From: Candidatus Latescibacterota bacterium
Lineage (GTDB): Bacteria; Latescibacterota; UBA2968; UBA8231
DNA length: 64,000 nucleotides
Assembly (NCBI GenBank): GCA_965206595.1
Contig: OZ242214.1
Coordinates: forward strand, 5,536,001 to 5,600,000
Direction: 5' to 3'
Shown: piece by piece, positions 9,107 to 17,517 of the stretch
Position numbering within the stretch: position 1 is the stretch's first letter
How the letters are laid out: each line of letters starts with the position of its first letter
The notes under the pieces: model-generated
What the model was told of the DNA's origin: nothing
What the model saw: the letters and a program-made list of their open reading frames with translations, nothing else
Database searches by the model: none
Made by a program: the position numbers and the translations under genes

Positions 9107-10065
9107 ATGACAGCTCCTCCCAAAACCGACCCCCCCCGCTTCCCGCGGCCCCTTCCGTTGCCGCGGGGGCTGTCCTGCTCGCGGTCCTGCTTCTCTGGGG
9201 CGGGACTGTCGCCGGCTGCTCGAAACCGTCGCCGGAGCCGTACATCCATCTCCTGAAAAGCCAGCAGAGCAAGCAGCGGGAGAAGGCCGCGGCCAAGCTG
9301 CTGCTCTACGGCGACGAGATCGTGCCGAGGCTGATGGAGGAGGCGGATTCCGAGTTCATCCGGGTGCGCTTCGAAGTGGTCCGGCTCCTCGGCCGCCTCA
9401 GGAACCCCGAGGCCGCCCCGGCGCTGATCGCCGCCCTCGAGGACAAGTCCGCCATGGTGGCCGCGGTCGCCGCCTGGAGCCTCGGCGAGCTGCAGGCGGC
9501 GACCGCGGTCGAGCCGCTGCTGCGCTACGCCGGCGAGGCCTCGAAGGAGGTCCGCAAGGAGGTGGTGAGAGCCCTCGGCCGCTGCTACAGCGATTCCCTG
9601 GAGCCGGCGGTCAGGGACTCGGCCTACCGGGTGGTGTTCCACGCCCTCAAGGACCCGACCCCCAAGGTCAGGGTGAACGCCCTGCTGGGGATCCGCGAGT
9701 TCGGCTACCGCGGCTCCGCCGAGGAGATCATCCGCATGACCCGCGACCCCTCGGCCAAGGTGCGGCACGTGGCGGTTCAGGCGCTCGGCCAGCTGGCCTC
9801 GGGCAGGGCCCCGAGGTCCAGGCCGATATCGGCGCGAACCCGGGAGAACGTCGTCGAGGCGCTGGTCGTCTCGCTGGAGGAGCCGATGCAGACGATCAGA
9901 ACCAAGGCGATCCGCTCGCTCGAGATGATCGGCGCGCCGCGGGCGGCGCCGCACCTGCGGCCCCTGGCCGAGTCCGGCACCGCGGAAGACCGGCGCGAGG
10001 CCGGCAGGGTGTTGGAGAATCTGCAGGAGCTGCAGGCGCAGGCACGAAAATCCGGGGAGATATGA
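9107..10065 (+). CDS. HEAT/PBS-lyase-repeat lipoprotein; 5' end out of frame, probably at a C8 tract (9130-9137)
   Basis: The frame of ORF 9322..10065 extends upstream through [22 protein letters not shown] (lipobox) but has no start codon. ATG at 9107 joins this frame if one base is added. HEAT units such as [14 protein letters not shown] and [17 protein letters not shown]. Confidence 0.7.
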
Positions 10066-10949
10066 GCACGCAGAGCAGACTCGAGCTGGGGTTGCCCTCC
10101 GGCAGCCTGCGCGACGCCACCGTCAACCTGCTGGGGCGGGCGGGCTACCGGCTGGGCCTGGCCTCGCGGTCGTACCAGCCTGAGATCGACGATCCCGAAA
10201 TCGGCGTGACCCTGTTCCGCGCCCAGGAGATCGCCCATTTCGTCGAGCGCGGCGTCGCCGACGCCGGCATCACCGGCAGGGACTGGGTCGAGGAGAACGA
10301 CGCCGACGTCGTCGAGGTCGGCGAGCTCCTCTACAGCAAGGCGACCTCGCGGCCCTACCGCTGGGTGATCGCCGTCCCGGAGGAATCTCCCATCCGCACC
10401 GTGAAGGACCTCGAGGGCAAGCGCATCGCCAGCGAGCTGGTCGGCGTCACCCGCCGCTTCCTCGCCGAACGGGGAGTCGAGGCCGAGGTGGAGTTCTCGT
10501 GGGGAGCGACGGAGGTGAAAGCCGGAATTCCGGGCGTAGCCGACGCCATCGTCGACGGCACCGAGACCGGCTCCTCCCTGCGCGCCAACCGGCTGCGCAT
10601 CGTCGAGACCATGCTCGAGTCGACCACCCGCCTGATCGCCAACAGGGATTCCTGGAGCGACCCCTGGAAGCGGCAGAAGATCCGGAACCTGTTCACCCTG
10701 ATGACGGGAGCCCTCGAGGCGGAGTCGAAGGTGGGCCTGAAGATGAACGTGCCGCGGGCGCAGCTCGACGCCGTGATGGAGCTGCTGCCGGCGCTGCACA
10801 CGCCGACGATCTCCAGCCAGGTCGACGGCGACTGGGTCGCGGTCGAGACCATTGCGGACGAGAAGATCGTCCGCGACCTGATCCCGCGGCTGAAACGGAG
10901 CGGCGCCGAGGGGATCATCGAGTATCCCCTGAACAAGGTGGTCTACTGA
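10062..10949 (+). CDS. hisG: ATP phosphoribosyltransferase (long form)
   Basis: [41 protein letters not shown] and a C-terminal regulatory domain ([12 protein letters not shown]). Confidence 0.95.
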   Translation: MSTQSRLELGLPSGSLRDATVNLLGRAGYRLGLASRSYQPEIDDPEIGVTLFRAQEIAHFVERGVADAGITGRDWVEENDADVVEVGELLYSKATSRPYRWVIAVPEESPIRTVKDLEGKRIASELVGVTRRFLAERGVEAEVEFSWGATEVKAGIPGVADAIVDGTETGSSLRANRLRIVETMLESTTRLIANRDSWSDPWKRQKIRNLFTLMTGALEAESKVGLKMNVPRAQLDAVMELLPALHTPTISSQVDGDWVAVETIADEKIVRDLIPRLKRSGAEGIIEYPLNKVVY

Positions 10950-12268
10950 TGCTCGACATCCAGCGCTGCTCCGACGCCGGCGCCCCCGCCACCGGCAAGC
11001 TGGCCGCGATCCTGAACCGCAAGGCCGGGTTCCCCGCGGAGATCGTCGAGGCCGTCGCCGAAATCCTGCGCCGCGTCGAGGCCGAGGGGGACGCCGCGGT
11101 CGCAGAGTACACCGGGAAGTTCGACGGCGTCGCCCTGGCCCCCGGCGGATTCCGCGTTCCGCGCAAGGCGCTCGACGACGCACGAGCGGCCATGGATCCG
11201 GAGCTCGAGGAAGCGGTCGCCGGCGCGGCCGCGAACATCCGGTCGTTTCACCGCCGCCAGCTGCGCGACTCCTGGTTCCTCGAGGACGGGGACGGCGTCG
11301 TCCTGGGGAAGCGGGTCCTGCCGTTGCGCCGCGTCGGCCTCTGCGTCCCCGGAGGGCAGACCCCGCTGCTGTCGACGCTGCTGATGACCGCGGTGCCGGC
11401 GCAGGTTGCCGGCGTCGAGGAGATCTGCGTCGTCACTCCGCCGCGCTCCGGAGGCCTGCCGCACCCGGTGATTCTCGCCACCGCGGCCAGGATGGGAATC
11501 GACGAAGTCTACGCCATCGGCGGCGCCCAGGCGGTCGCCGCCCTCGCCTTCGGCACCGGAACCATCAGGCCGGTCGACAAGATCGCCGGCCCCGGCGGCC
11601 CCTACACCGTCGCCGCCAAGCAGCAGGTCTTCGGCCGCGTCGGCATCGACACCGTCGCCGGCCCCTCCGAAATCGTCGTGCTCGCCGACGAGAGCGCCAA
11701 CCCCCGGTACGTCGCCGCCGACCTGCTGTCGCAGGCCGAGCACGGCAGCGGCTTCGAGGCCGCGGTCTGCATCACCCCGTCCGCAGCGCTCGCCGCCCAG
11801 GTGCAGGCCGAGGCGGAAAAACAGCTCGCCACCCTGCCGCGGCGCCGGGAGATCGCCGCCGCCCTGAAAGCCTTCGGCCTCGTCGTCACCGTGCCCGACC
11901 TCGCCGTAGGAGCCCGCCTCGTCGACCGCATCGCCCCGGAGCACGTCGAGCTGCTGGTCGCCGACCCGTGGCGCTGGCTCGGCGAGATCCGCAACGCCGG
12001 CGCGGTCTTTCTCGGCGCGGCCTCCAGCGAGCCGGTCGGCGACTATTTCGCCGGCACCAACCACGTGCTGCCCACGAACGGGGCCGCCCGCTTCTCCTCC
12101 GCCCTCGGCGTCGACGACTTCACAAGGACCACCAGCGTTCTCGGCTACAGCGAGCAGCGCCTCCGGCAGACCGGGCGGAAGATCATGCGCATGGCCAGGG
12201 CCGAAGAGCTCGAGGCTCACGCGCGGGCCATCGAGGTGCGCCTCGAAGAATACGGGAGGGACAGCTGA
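10949..12268 (+). CDS. hisD: Histidinol dehydrogenase
   Basis: ATG overlaps the hisG TGA; GGAQAVAALAFGT, DKIAGPG, DLLSQAEH, APEHVE and GDYFAGTNHVLPT. Confidence 0.95.
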   Translation: MLDIQRCSDAGAPATGKLAAILNRKAGFPAEIVEAVAEILRRVEAEGDAAVAEYTGKFDGVALAPGGFRVPRKALDDARAAMDPELEEAVAGAAANIRSFHRRQLRDSWFLEDGDGVVLGKRVLPLRRVGLCVPGGQTPLLSTLLMTAVPAQVAGVEEICVVTPPRSGGLPHPVILATAARMGIDEVYAIGGAQAVAALAFGTGTIRPVDKIAGPGGPYTVAAKQQVFGRVGIDTVAGPSEIVVLADESANPRYVAADLLSQAEHGSGFEAAVCITPSAALAAQVQAEAEKQLATLPRRREIAAALKAFGLVVTVPDLAVGARLVDRIAPEHVELLVADPWRWLGEIRNAGAVFLGAASSEPVGDYFAGTNHVLPTNGAARFSSALGVDDFTRTTSVLGYSEQRLRQTGRKIMRMARAEELEAHARAIEVRLEEYGRDS

Positions 12269-12867
12269 TGACGGCAGCGCAAGCCCGGACCGCCCGCGTC
12301 CGGCGCCAGACTTCCGAGACCGACATCGACCTCGAGCTCGGCCTCGACGGCAGCGGCCGCTGCGCCGTCGACACCGGCATCGGCTTCTTCGACCACATGC
12401 TCGACGCCTGCGCCCGGCACGGGCTGTTCGACCTGGAGCTGCGCTGCCGCGGCGACCTGGAGGTCGACCCGCACCACTCGGTCGAGGATGTCGGCATCTG
12501 CCTCGGGCAGGCCCTCGACCAGGCCCTCGGGGACCGCGCCGGGATCCAGCGTTTCGCCCACAGCTACGTGCCCATGGACGAAGCCCTGGCCCGGGTCGTC
12601 ATCGACCTTTCGGGCCGTTCCTACCTCTGCGCCGCCCCGGATTTCCGCGACCCGGAGGTGGGGGGCTTTCCCGTCTCCCTGGTCACCGAGTTCTTTCGCG
12701 CCCTCTCCGACCACGGCAGGTTCAACCTCCACGTCGACCTGCTGCGCTCGGGCAACGACCACCACGGCATCGAGGCGATATTCAAGGCCTTCGCCCAGGC
12801 CCTCGACCGGGCGACTCGGCTGACAGGCCGCAGCGACTCCATCCCCTCGACCAAGGGACGGCTGTAG
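12268..12867 (+). CDS. hisB: Imidazoleglycerol-phosphate dehydratase
   Basis: TGATG coupling; TGIGFFDHML, HHSVEDVGI, PMDEALA, NDHHGIEAIFKA and IPSTKG. Confidence 0.95.
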   Translation: MTAAQARTARVRRQTSETDIDLELGLDGSGRCAVDTGIGFFDHMLDACARHGLFDLELRCRGDLEVDPHHSVEDVGICLGQALDQALGDRAGIQRFAHSYVPMDEALARVVIDLSGRSYLCAAPDFRDPEVGGFPVSLVTEFFRALSDHGRFNLHVDLLRSGNDHHGIEAIFKAFAQALDRATRLTGRSDSIPSTKGRL

Positions 12868-12945
12868 CATCCTGTCCGCTCGGCTCGGCCCCGGGAACAG
12901 CGGCCCCCGGGGAATCCCGGCGCCGCGCCCGGCCCGTGAAACAGC

Positions 12946-14061
12946 ATGAAGATCTGCCACCTCATCTACGACGACGTCGACAACCCCTGGCTCGGCGGCG
13001 GCGGCGCTTACCGTGCCCGCCAGATCTACCGGCGCCTCGCCGGGCGCCACGAGATCACCCTGGTCACCGGCACCTTTCCCGGCGCCGAACCCGTGCAGCT
13101 GATCGACGGCCTGCGCCTGCTGCGGGTCGGCTCCCCGCGCAGCTACGCGATCAGCCGCCTCACCTACGCCAGCCGCGCCGTCGCTGCCCTCCGGCGCCTG
13201 CAGTGGGACATCTGGGTCAACGAGTTCTCCGCGTACGCGCCGCTGCGGGTGCCGGCGCAGGTGCGCCGCCGCGGGCTCCTGTTCTTCCACCATTTCATGG
13301 GCCGCCACGCCGTCCTCAAGCATCCCCTGGCCGGGTGGGCTGCCCTCCTGGCCGAGCGCCGCGTCCTCCACGCCTACCCCCACATCCTGACCGGCGCCCC
13401 GAGCGTGCAGGAGCGCATCCGCAGCCGCGTCAGCGCAACCCTGCCGGTCGACTGCGTCTACAACGGCGTCGACGACGGCTATTTCGGAAGCGCCGCCACC
13501 GAGGAGCCCTACCTCCTCTACCTCGGGCGCATCGACGTGCACACCAAGGGGATCGACACCCTGCTGGAGGCGTTCGCGCGCATCGCCCCGGAGCGCCCCG
13601 GCCTGGCGCTGAAGATCGCCGGGGGAGGTGAGAAGGGTCAGGTGCGGCGGCTCGAGAAGCTGGTGGAGCAGGCGCGGCTCGGCGCCAGGGTGGAGCTGCT
13701 CGGAAGGGTGTCGGAAACCGGGAAACGCGAGCTGCTGGCGTCGGCCCTGTTTTTCTGCATGCCCTCCCGCTACGAGGGCTGGGGCATGGCCGCGGTCGAG
13801 GCCGGGGCCAGCGGCAAGGCCGTGGTCGCCACCGCCATCGACGGCCTGCGCGACGCCGTCCTCGACAACGTCACCGGCCTGCTGGTGCCGAGCGGGGACG
13901 GCAAAGCCCTGGCCGCGGCCATGCGCCGGCTCCTCGACGAACCCGGGCTGCGGAAGTCGCTCGGCGAGCAGGGGCGGGAGCACTCCCGCCGCTTCGGCTG
14001 GGACCAGCTCGCCCGCCGCCAGGAAGAGGTGATGATCGCCGCCGCGGAGCGTCTCCCATGA
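12946..14061 (+). CDS. Glycosyltransferase family 4
   Basis: GGGAYR, VYNGVD, YLGRI..KG and PSRYEGWGMAAVEA (EX7E). Confidence 0.92.
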   Translation: MKICHLIYDDVDNPWLGGGGAYRARQIYRRLAGRHEITLVTGTFPGAEPVQLIDGLRLLRVGSPRSYAISRLTYASRAVAALRRLQWDIWVNEFSAYAPLRVPAQVRRRGLLFFHHFMGRHAVLKHPLAGWAALLAERRVLHAYPHILTGAPSVQERIRSRVSATLPVDCVYNGVDDGYFGSAATEEPYLLYLGRIDVHTKGIDTLLEAFARIAPERPGLALKIAGGGEKGQVRRLEKLVEQARLGARVELLGRVSETGKRELLASALFFCMPSRYEGWGMAAVEAGASGKAVVATAIDGLRDAVLDNVTGLLVPSGDGKALAAAMRRLLDEPGLRKSLGEQGREHSRRFGWDQLARRQEEVMIAAAERLP

Positions 14062-16580
14062 GCAGGAAGAAACGCCGCACCACCGGAGCGCCGGAAGCGC
14101 GGCCGGCCCCCGTCCAGGCCCCGAAAGCAGACAGGTTCCGCTTCCGCCTCGCCTCCCCCTGGACGGTTCCGGCCATCCTCGCGCTCCTGACCCTCCTCTA
14201 TTTCTACGACTTCCCCCTCAGCGGCCAGGTCGTCTACGGAAGCGACACCGGCACCGATTTCCACCGCGGCAAGGAGCCCTTCGCCGAGAAGCTCGCGAAC
14301 TACGGCCCCGGGGCCTGGAAGCCCACCCTCGGGGGATACCCGGCTTCCGAGGAGATCCGCCCCGACTTCTTCCCGGCCAGCCTGCTGAAGCTGTTCACCA
14401 CCCATCAGCGCCACCTCGGCTGGCGCTACCTGCTCACCGTCTTCCTCGCCGGCTGGGGGATGTACCGCTTCCTGCGCGCCCTCTCCCTGGCCCGCTGGCC
14501 CTGCCTGTGGGGCGGCGTCGCCTTCATGTTCGCGCCGACCTTCCTGTCCTTCACCTTCGCCGGCCACTACGCCAAGATGGCCGTCATCGCCCTGCTGCCC
14601 TGGATGTACCTCTGCCTTCACCGCGGCATGCAGGAGGGGAAGCTCTCGCGCTTCCTCTGGCTGGCCCTGCTGATCGGCCTCGGCGCCTACACCCCGCACG
14701 TGCAGATGCTCCAGTACGCCCTCGTCGCCGTCGGCCTCTACTTCCTGTTCCAGCTCTACCTCCTCTACCGGGAGCGCCGTGAAAAGCGGGTGCTGCTGGC
14801 CAGGACCGGGCTCTTCACCCTCGCCGTCGCCCTCGGAATCGGCATCGGTTCGGAAGGGCTGTTTCCCCCTTACCTGCACGCCACCCGCGAGTCGAAGCGC
14901 TCCGAGGCCGCCACCGCCGCAAGGACCGGGGACGAGCTGGCCCTGGCGCGCAGCTGGTCCCTGCACCCGGAGGAAGTAGGGTCGCTGCTGGTCCCGGAGT
15001 TCGCCGGCTTCTACAACCCCCAGAGCAACCGCGACCACTACTGGGGCCGCAATCCCGGCAAGTACAACTCCGAGTACTTCGGCATCGTCGTGCTGCTGCT
15101 GGCGCTCCCCGCCCTGTGGTCGTGGCGGCGCAACCCCACCGTGGCCTTCATGGGCTTGCTGTTCGCCCTCGCCCTCGCCTTCACCCTCGGCGGGCACACC
15201 CCCGTGCACTGGCTCGCCGCCCACCTGCTGCCCGGGGGCAAGGTGCTGCGCTCCGTCGGCATGGCCGCCTTCCTGTTCGCCTTTCCCGCCATCGTGCTCG
15301 CCGCCACCGGCCTGCATCAGGCCGTCACCGCCGGGGAACCGGACAGACAGCTCATCCGCAAGCGCCTGCTGATCGCCGCCGCCGCTCTCGCCGCAATCGC
15401 CGCCCTCGCCGCTGCCGTCCCGCACACCGTCCTGGAAATCTGGACCGCCCTCCTCTACGACGGGATCTCCGCGGCCAAACGCCGGATCATGCTCTCCGGG
15501 GCCCCCGGGCTTGCCCGCGGCGGACTCCTCGCCACCCTGCTCTGCGCCGGGGCCGCCGCCCTCGTCTGGGCCCTGCTGCGCCGGAAGCTCTCGGCCGCGA
15601 CCGCCTGCGCCGGGCTGATCGCCCTGACCCTGGCCGATACCTGGCGCATCGACCGCCTCTTCCTGGTATACGAGGATCCCGCCCGCTGGCCGGACATTCG
15701 CCGCGACAACCGCCGCACCCTGAAGTTCCTCGAGGCCTCCGGCGAGCGCTTCCGCGTCTTCCCGATCCCCTCCTGGCAGCTGCTGCGCTCTCCGGGCCAT
15801 CACCTCTACGGCGCCGACCCGGTCACCGGCTTCAGCGACTTCACCATCCGCCGCTACGACCGCCTCGCGCGCGAGTTCGACCCGGCCCTGTCCCTGTTCC
15901 AGGCCCGCTTCGGCGGCCGCGAGATTCCCTACGGCGACGACGACCTGCTGCTCTCCATGCGCCCCCTGCTCAACCTCGTCAACGCCCGCTACCTCGTGAC
16001 CCCGAAGTCCCTGCCGCTGCAAACGACCCTGTTCCCGGAAGTGTTCTCGGAGGAGAGGCTCCGTCTCTACGAGAACAGCGAGGCCCTGCCCTGGTACTAC
16101 CTCGCTCCCTCGTACAAGCTGGAAACCGAAGAAGACGAGATCCTGGCGCTGCTGCGGGAAGGCCGCGCCGACCCCCGGCTCACCCCGGTGCTGGAGCGGC
16201 AGCCCCCCGGCCCGCTGCCAACCACCGCGGCCGCCAGCGATCTCACCGGCGACCGCCTCGATCTCGAGGAGCGCGCCGACGACGGCAGCCGCATCAGCCT
16301 CGCCACCGGCTCGAAGGAGCCGCGGCTGCTGGTCGTCTCGGAGAACTACTACCCCAACTGGCGCGCCTTCATCGACGGGGAAGAAGCCCCGGTCCTGCGC
16401 GCCAACTACGTCTGGAAGGCCGTTTACCTGCCGCCGGGGGATCACCGCGTCGAGTTCCGCTACCGCTCGCCGACCGTGCTGATGACGCGAGCGGTCACCC
16501 TGCTTTCGCTCGGAGCGGTGCTGATTCTCGGAATCGTCGAGAGCCGCCGGAGATCGGTGCCGGCAGCCGGGAAACCATAG
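14058..16580 (+). CDS. YfhO-family integral membrane protein (GT-C-type glycosyltransferase)
   Basis: About 12 TM segments; C-terminal LLVVSENYYPNWRAFIDG...LRANYVWKAVYLPPGDHRVEFRY is characteristic of YfhO. Confidence 0.85.
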   Translation: MSRKKRRTTGAPEARPAPVQAPKADRFRFRLASPWTVPAILALLTLLYFYDFPLSGQVVYGSDTGTDFHRGKEPFAEKLANYGPGAWKPTLGGYPASEEIRPDFFPASLLKLFTTHQRHLGWRYLLTVFLAGWGMYRFLRALSLARWPCLWGGVAFMFAPTFLSFTFAGHYAKMAVIALLPWMYLCLHRGMQEGKLSRFLWLALLIGLGAYTPHVQMLQYALVAVGLYFLFQLYLLYRERREKRVLLARTGLFTLAVALGIGIGSEGLFPPYLHATRESKRSEAATAARTGDELALARSWSLHPEEVGSLLVPEFAGFYNPQSNRDHYWGRNPGKYNSEYFGIVVLLLALPALWSWRRNPTVAFMGLLFALALAFTLGGHTPVHWLAAHLLPGGKVLRSVGMAAFLFAFPAIVLAATGLHQAVTAGEPDRQLIRKRLLIAAAALAAIAALAAAVPHTVLEIWTALLYDGISAAKRRIMLSGAPGLARGGLLATLLCAGAAALVWALLRRKLSAATACAGLIALTLADTWRIDRLFLVYEDPARWPDIRRDNRRTLKFLEASGERFRVFPIPSWQLLRSPGHHLYGADPVTGFSDFTIRRYDRLAREFDPALSLFQARFGGREIPYGDDDLLLSMRPLLNLVNARYLVTPKSLPLQTTLFPEVFSEERLRLYENSEALPWYYLAPSYKLETEEDEILALLREGRADPRLTPVLERQPPGPLPTTAAASDLTGDRLDLEERADDGSRISLATGSKEPRLLVVSENYYPNWRAFIDGEEAPVLRANYVWKAVYLPPGDHRVEFRYRSPTVLMTRAVTLLSLGAVLILGIVESRRRSVPAAGKP

Positions 16581-16723
16581 AGGAGAGGGGGTTCCCCGGA
16601 AGCGAACTCGGCCTGCCCGGGGTTTCTGCGGAAAGCGGGATTTTAAGGCGTAGTCAGGTCTGAATTGATTTCAAATATCGCCGCCAAGCGGTATATTACC
16701 GGCATTTCGAAGAAGACTTTCCC

Positions 16724-17053
16724 ATGACTCCTACTCCTGAAACAATCGCCATCATCGCCACCGGCGTGACCTTGGCGGCGCTGATCTTGCAGCAGATGCG
16801 CAGCCTTGGCGCCCGGTTCGACCGGCTGGAAGCCCGTATCGCTCGTCTTGAAGCGGGCCAACAGGCGCTGGTCGAGCGCGTGACTCGTCTGGAAGCGGGC
16901 CAGCAGGCCCTGGAGCGTGAAGTGACAGCGCTGAGGGTCGAGGTAAAGTCGTTGGCGCGCGACTTGGCGGCGCTGAGCGAGCGCACCGCGCGCATCGAAG
17001 GCGCCGTCATCGGCCCCTGGCGGCCGGAGGAAGCCGGCACCGGCAAGAGCTGA
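16724..17053 (+). CDS. Small membrane-anchored coiled-coil protein
   Basis: N-terminal TM (IAIIATGVTLAALIL), heptad repeats with RLEAGQQAL twice (42-nt period) and C-terminal ERTARIEG. Confidence 0.75.
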   Translation: MTPTPETIAIIATGVTLAALILQQMRSLGARFDRLEARIARLEAGQQALVERVTRLEAGQQALEREVTALRVEVKSLARDLAALSERTARIEGAVIGPWRPEEAGTGKS

Positions 17054-17109
17054 TGCTCCAAGCCTGTGCCGCCCATGCCCCTAACCCCGGTTTTACGGGG
17101 AAAATCTCC

Positions 17110-17139
17110 TTGACATTCCTGCGTTTCCGCCGTTATGCT
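17110..17139 (+). promoter_or_regulatory. Putative sigma70 promoter P1 of the large surface-protein gene
   Basis: TTGACA (17110-15), 18-nt spacer, TATGCT (17134-39). Confidence 0.55.
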
Positions 17140-17270
17140 TGTCTTACCGGTCGTCGACCACATCCCCTTTGATGAAGTCGCGGCAGGGCTCCCCTTTTGC
17201 CCTTGGTTCCGCTGCAAGCTGCCGCTTTTTCGACGAGTTGCGGCAGCAGCGAGGTTACCCAAAATCAGCC

Positions 17271-17299
17271 TTGACATTCCCACAGCGCAGTCATATTAT
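17271..17299 (+). promoter_or_regulatory. Putative sigma70 promoter P2 of the large surface-protein gene
   Basis: TTGACA (17271-76), 17-nt spacer, TATTAT (17294-99); shares CCTTGACATTCC with P1. Confidence 0.65.
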
Positions 17300-17517
17300 T
17301 GGACGCCACCCAAGTTCCGGGAAGGACCAGGGGTGGATATTAAATTCTCGTCTCAACTACCTCGATCAATGCGAAATCCGCAGCAAAACCCAAAATTCAA
17401 CCGCTGCATAATCCCCCCGGAGTTTTTATGTTAACTCACTCTCCCGAACTCTCGAAAAATCCCTTGTTTTTCGCGTATTCTTCACAACGGGGAAAAGCAT
17501 CCCTGAGGAGGAAAGAC

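Noticed and set aside
7061-16445. Long antisense ORFs (7061..9010, 9777..11183, 12217..13983, 13770..16445)
   Set aside because: Shadow frames of high-GC3 sense genes, with no recognisable motifs and biased composition.
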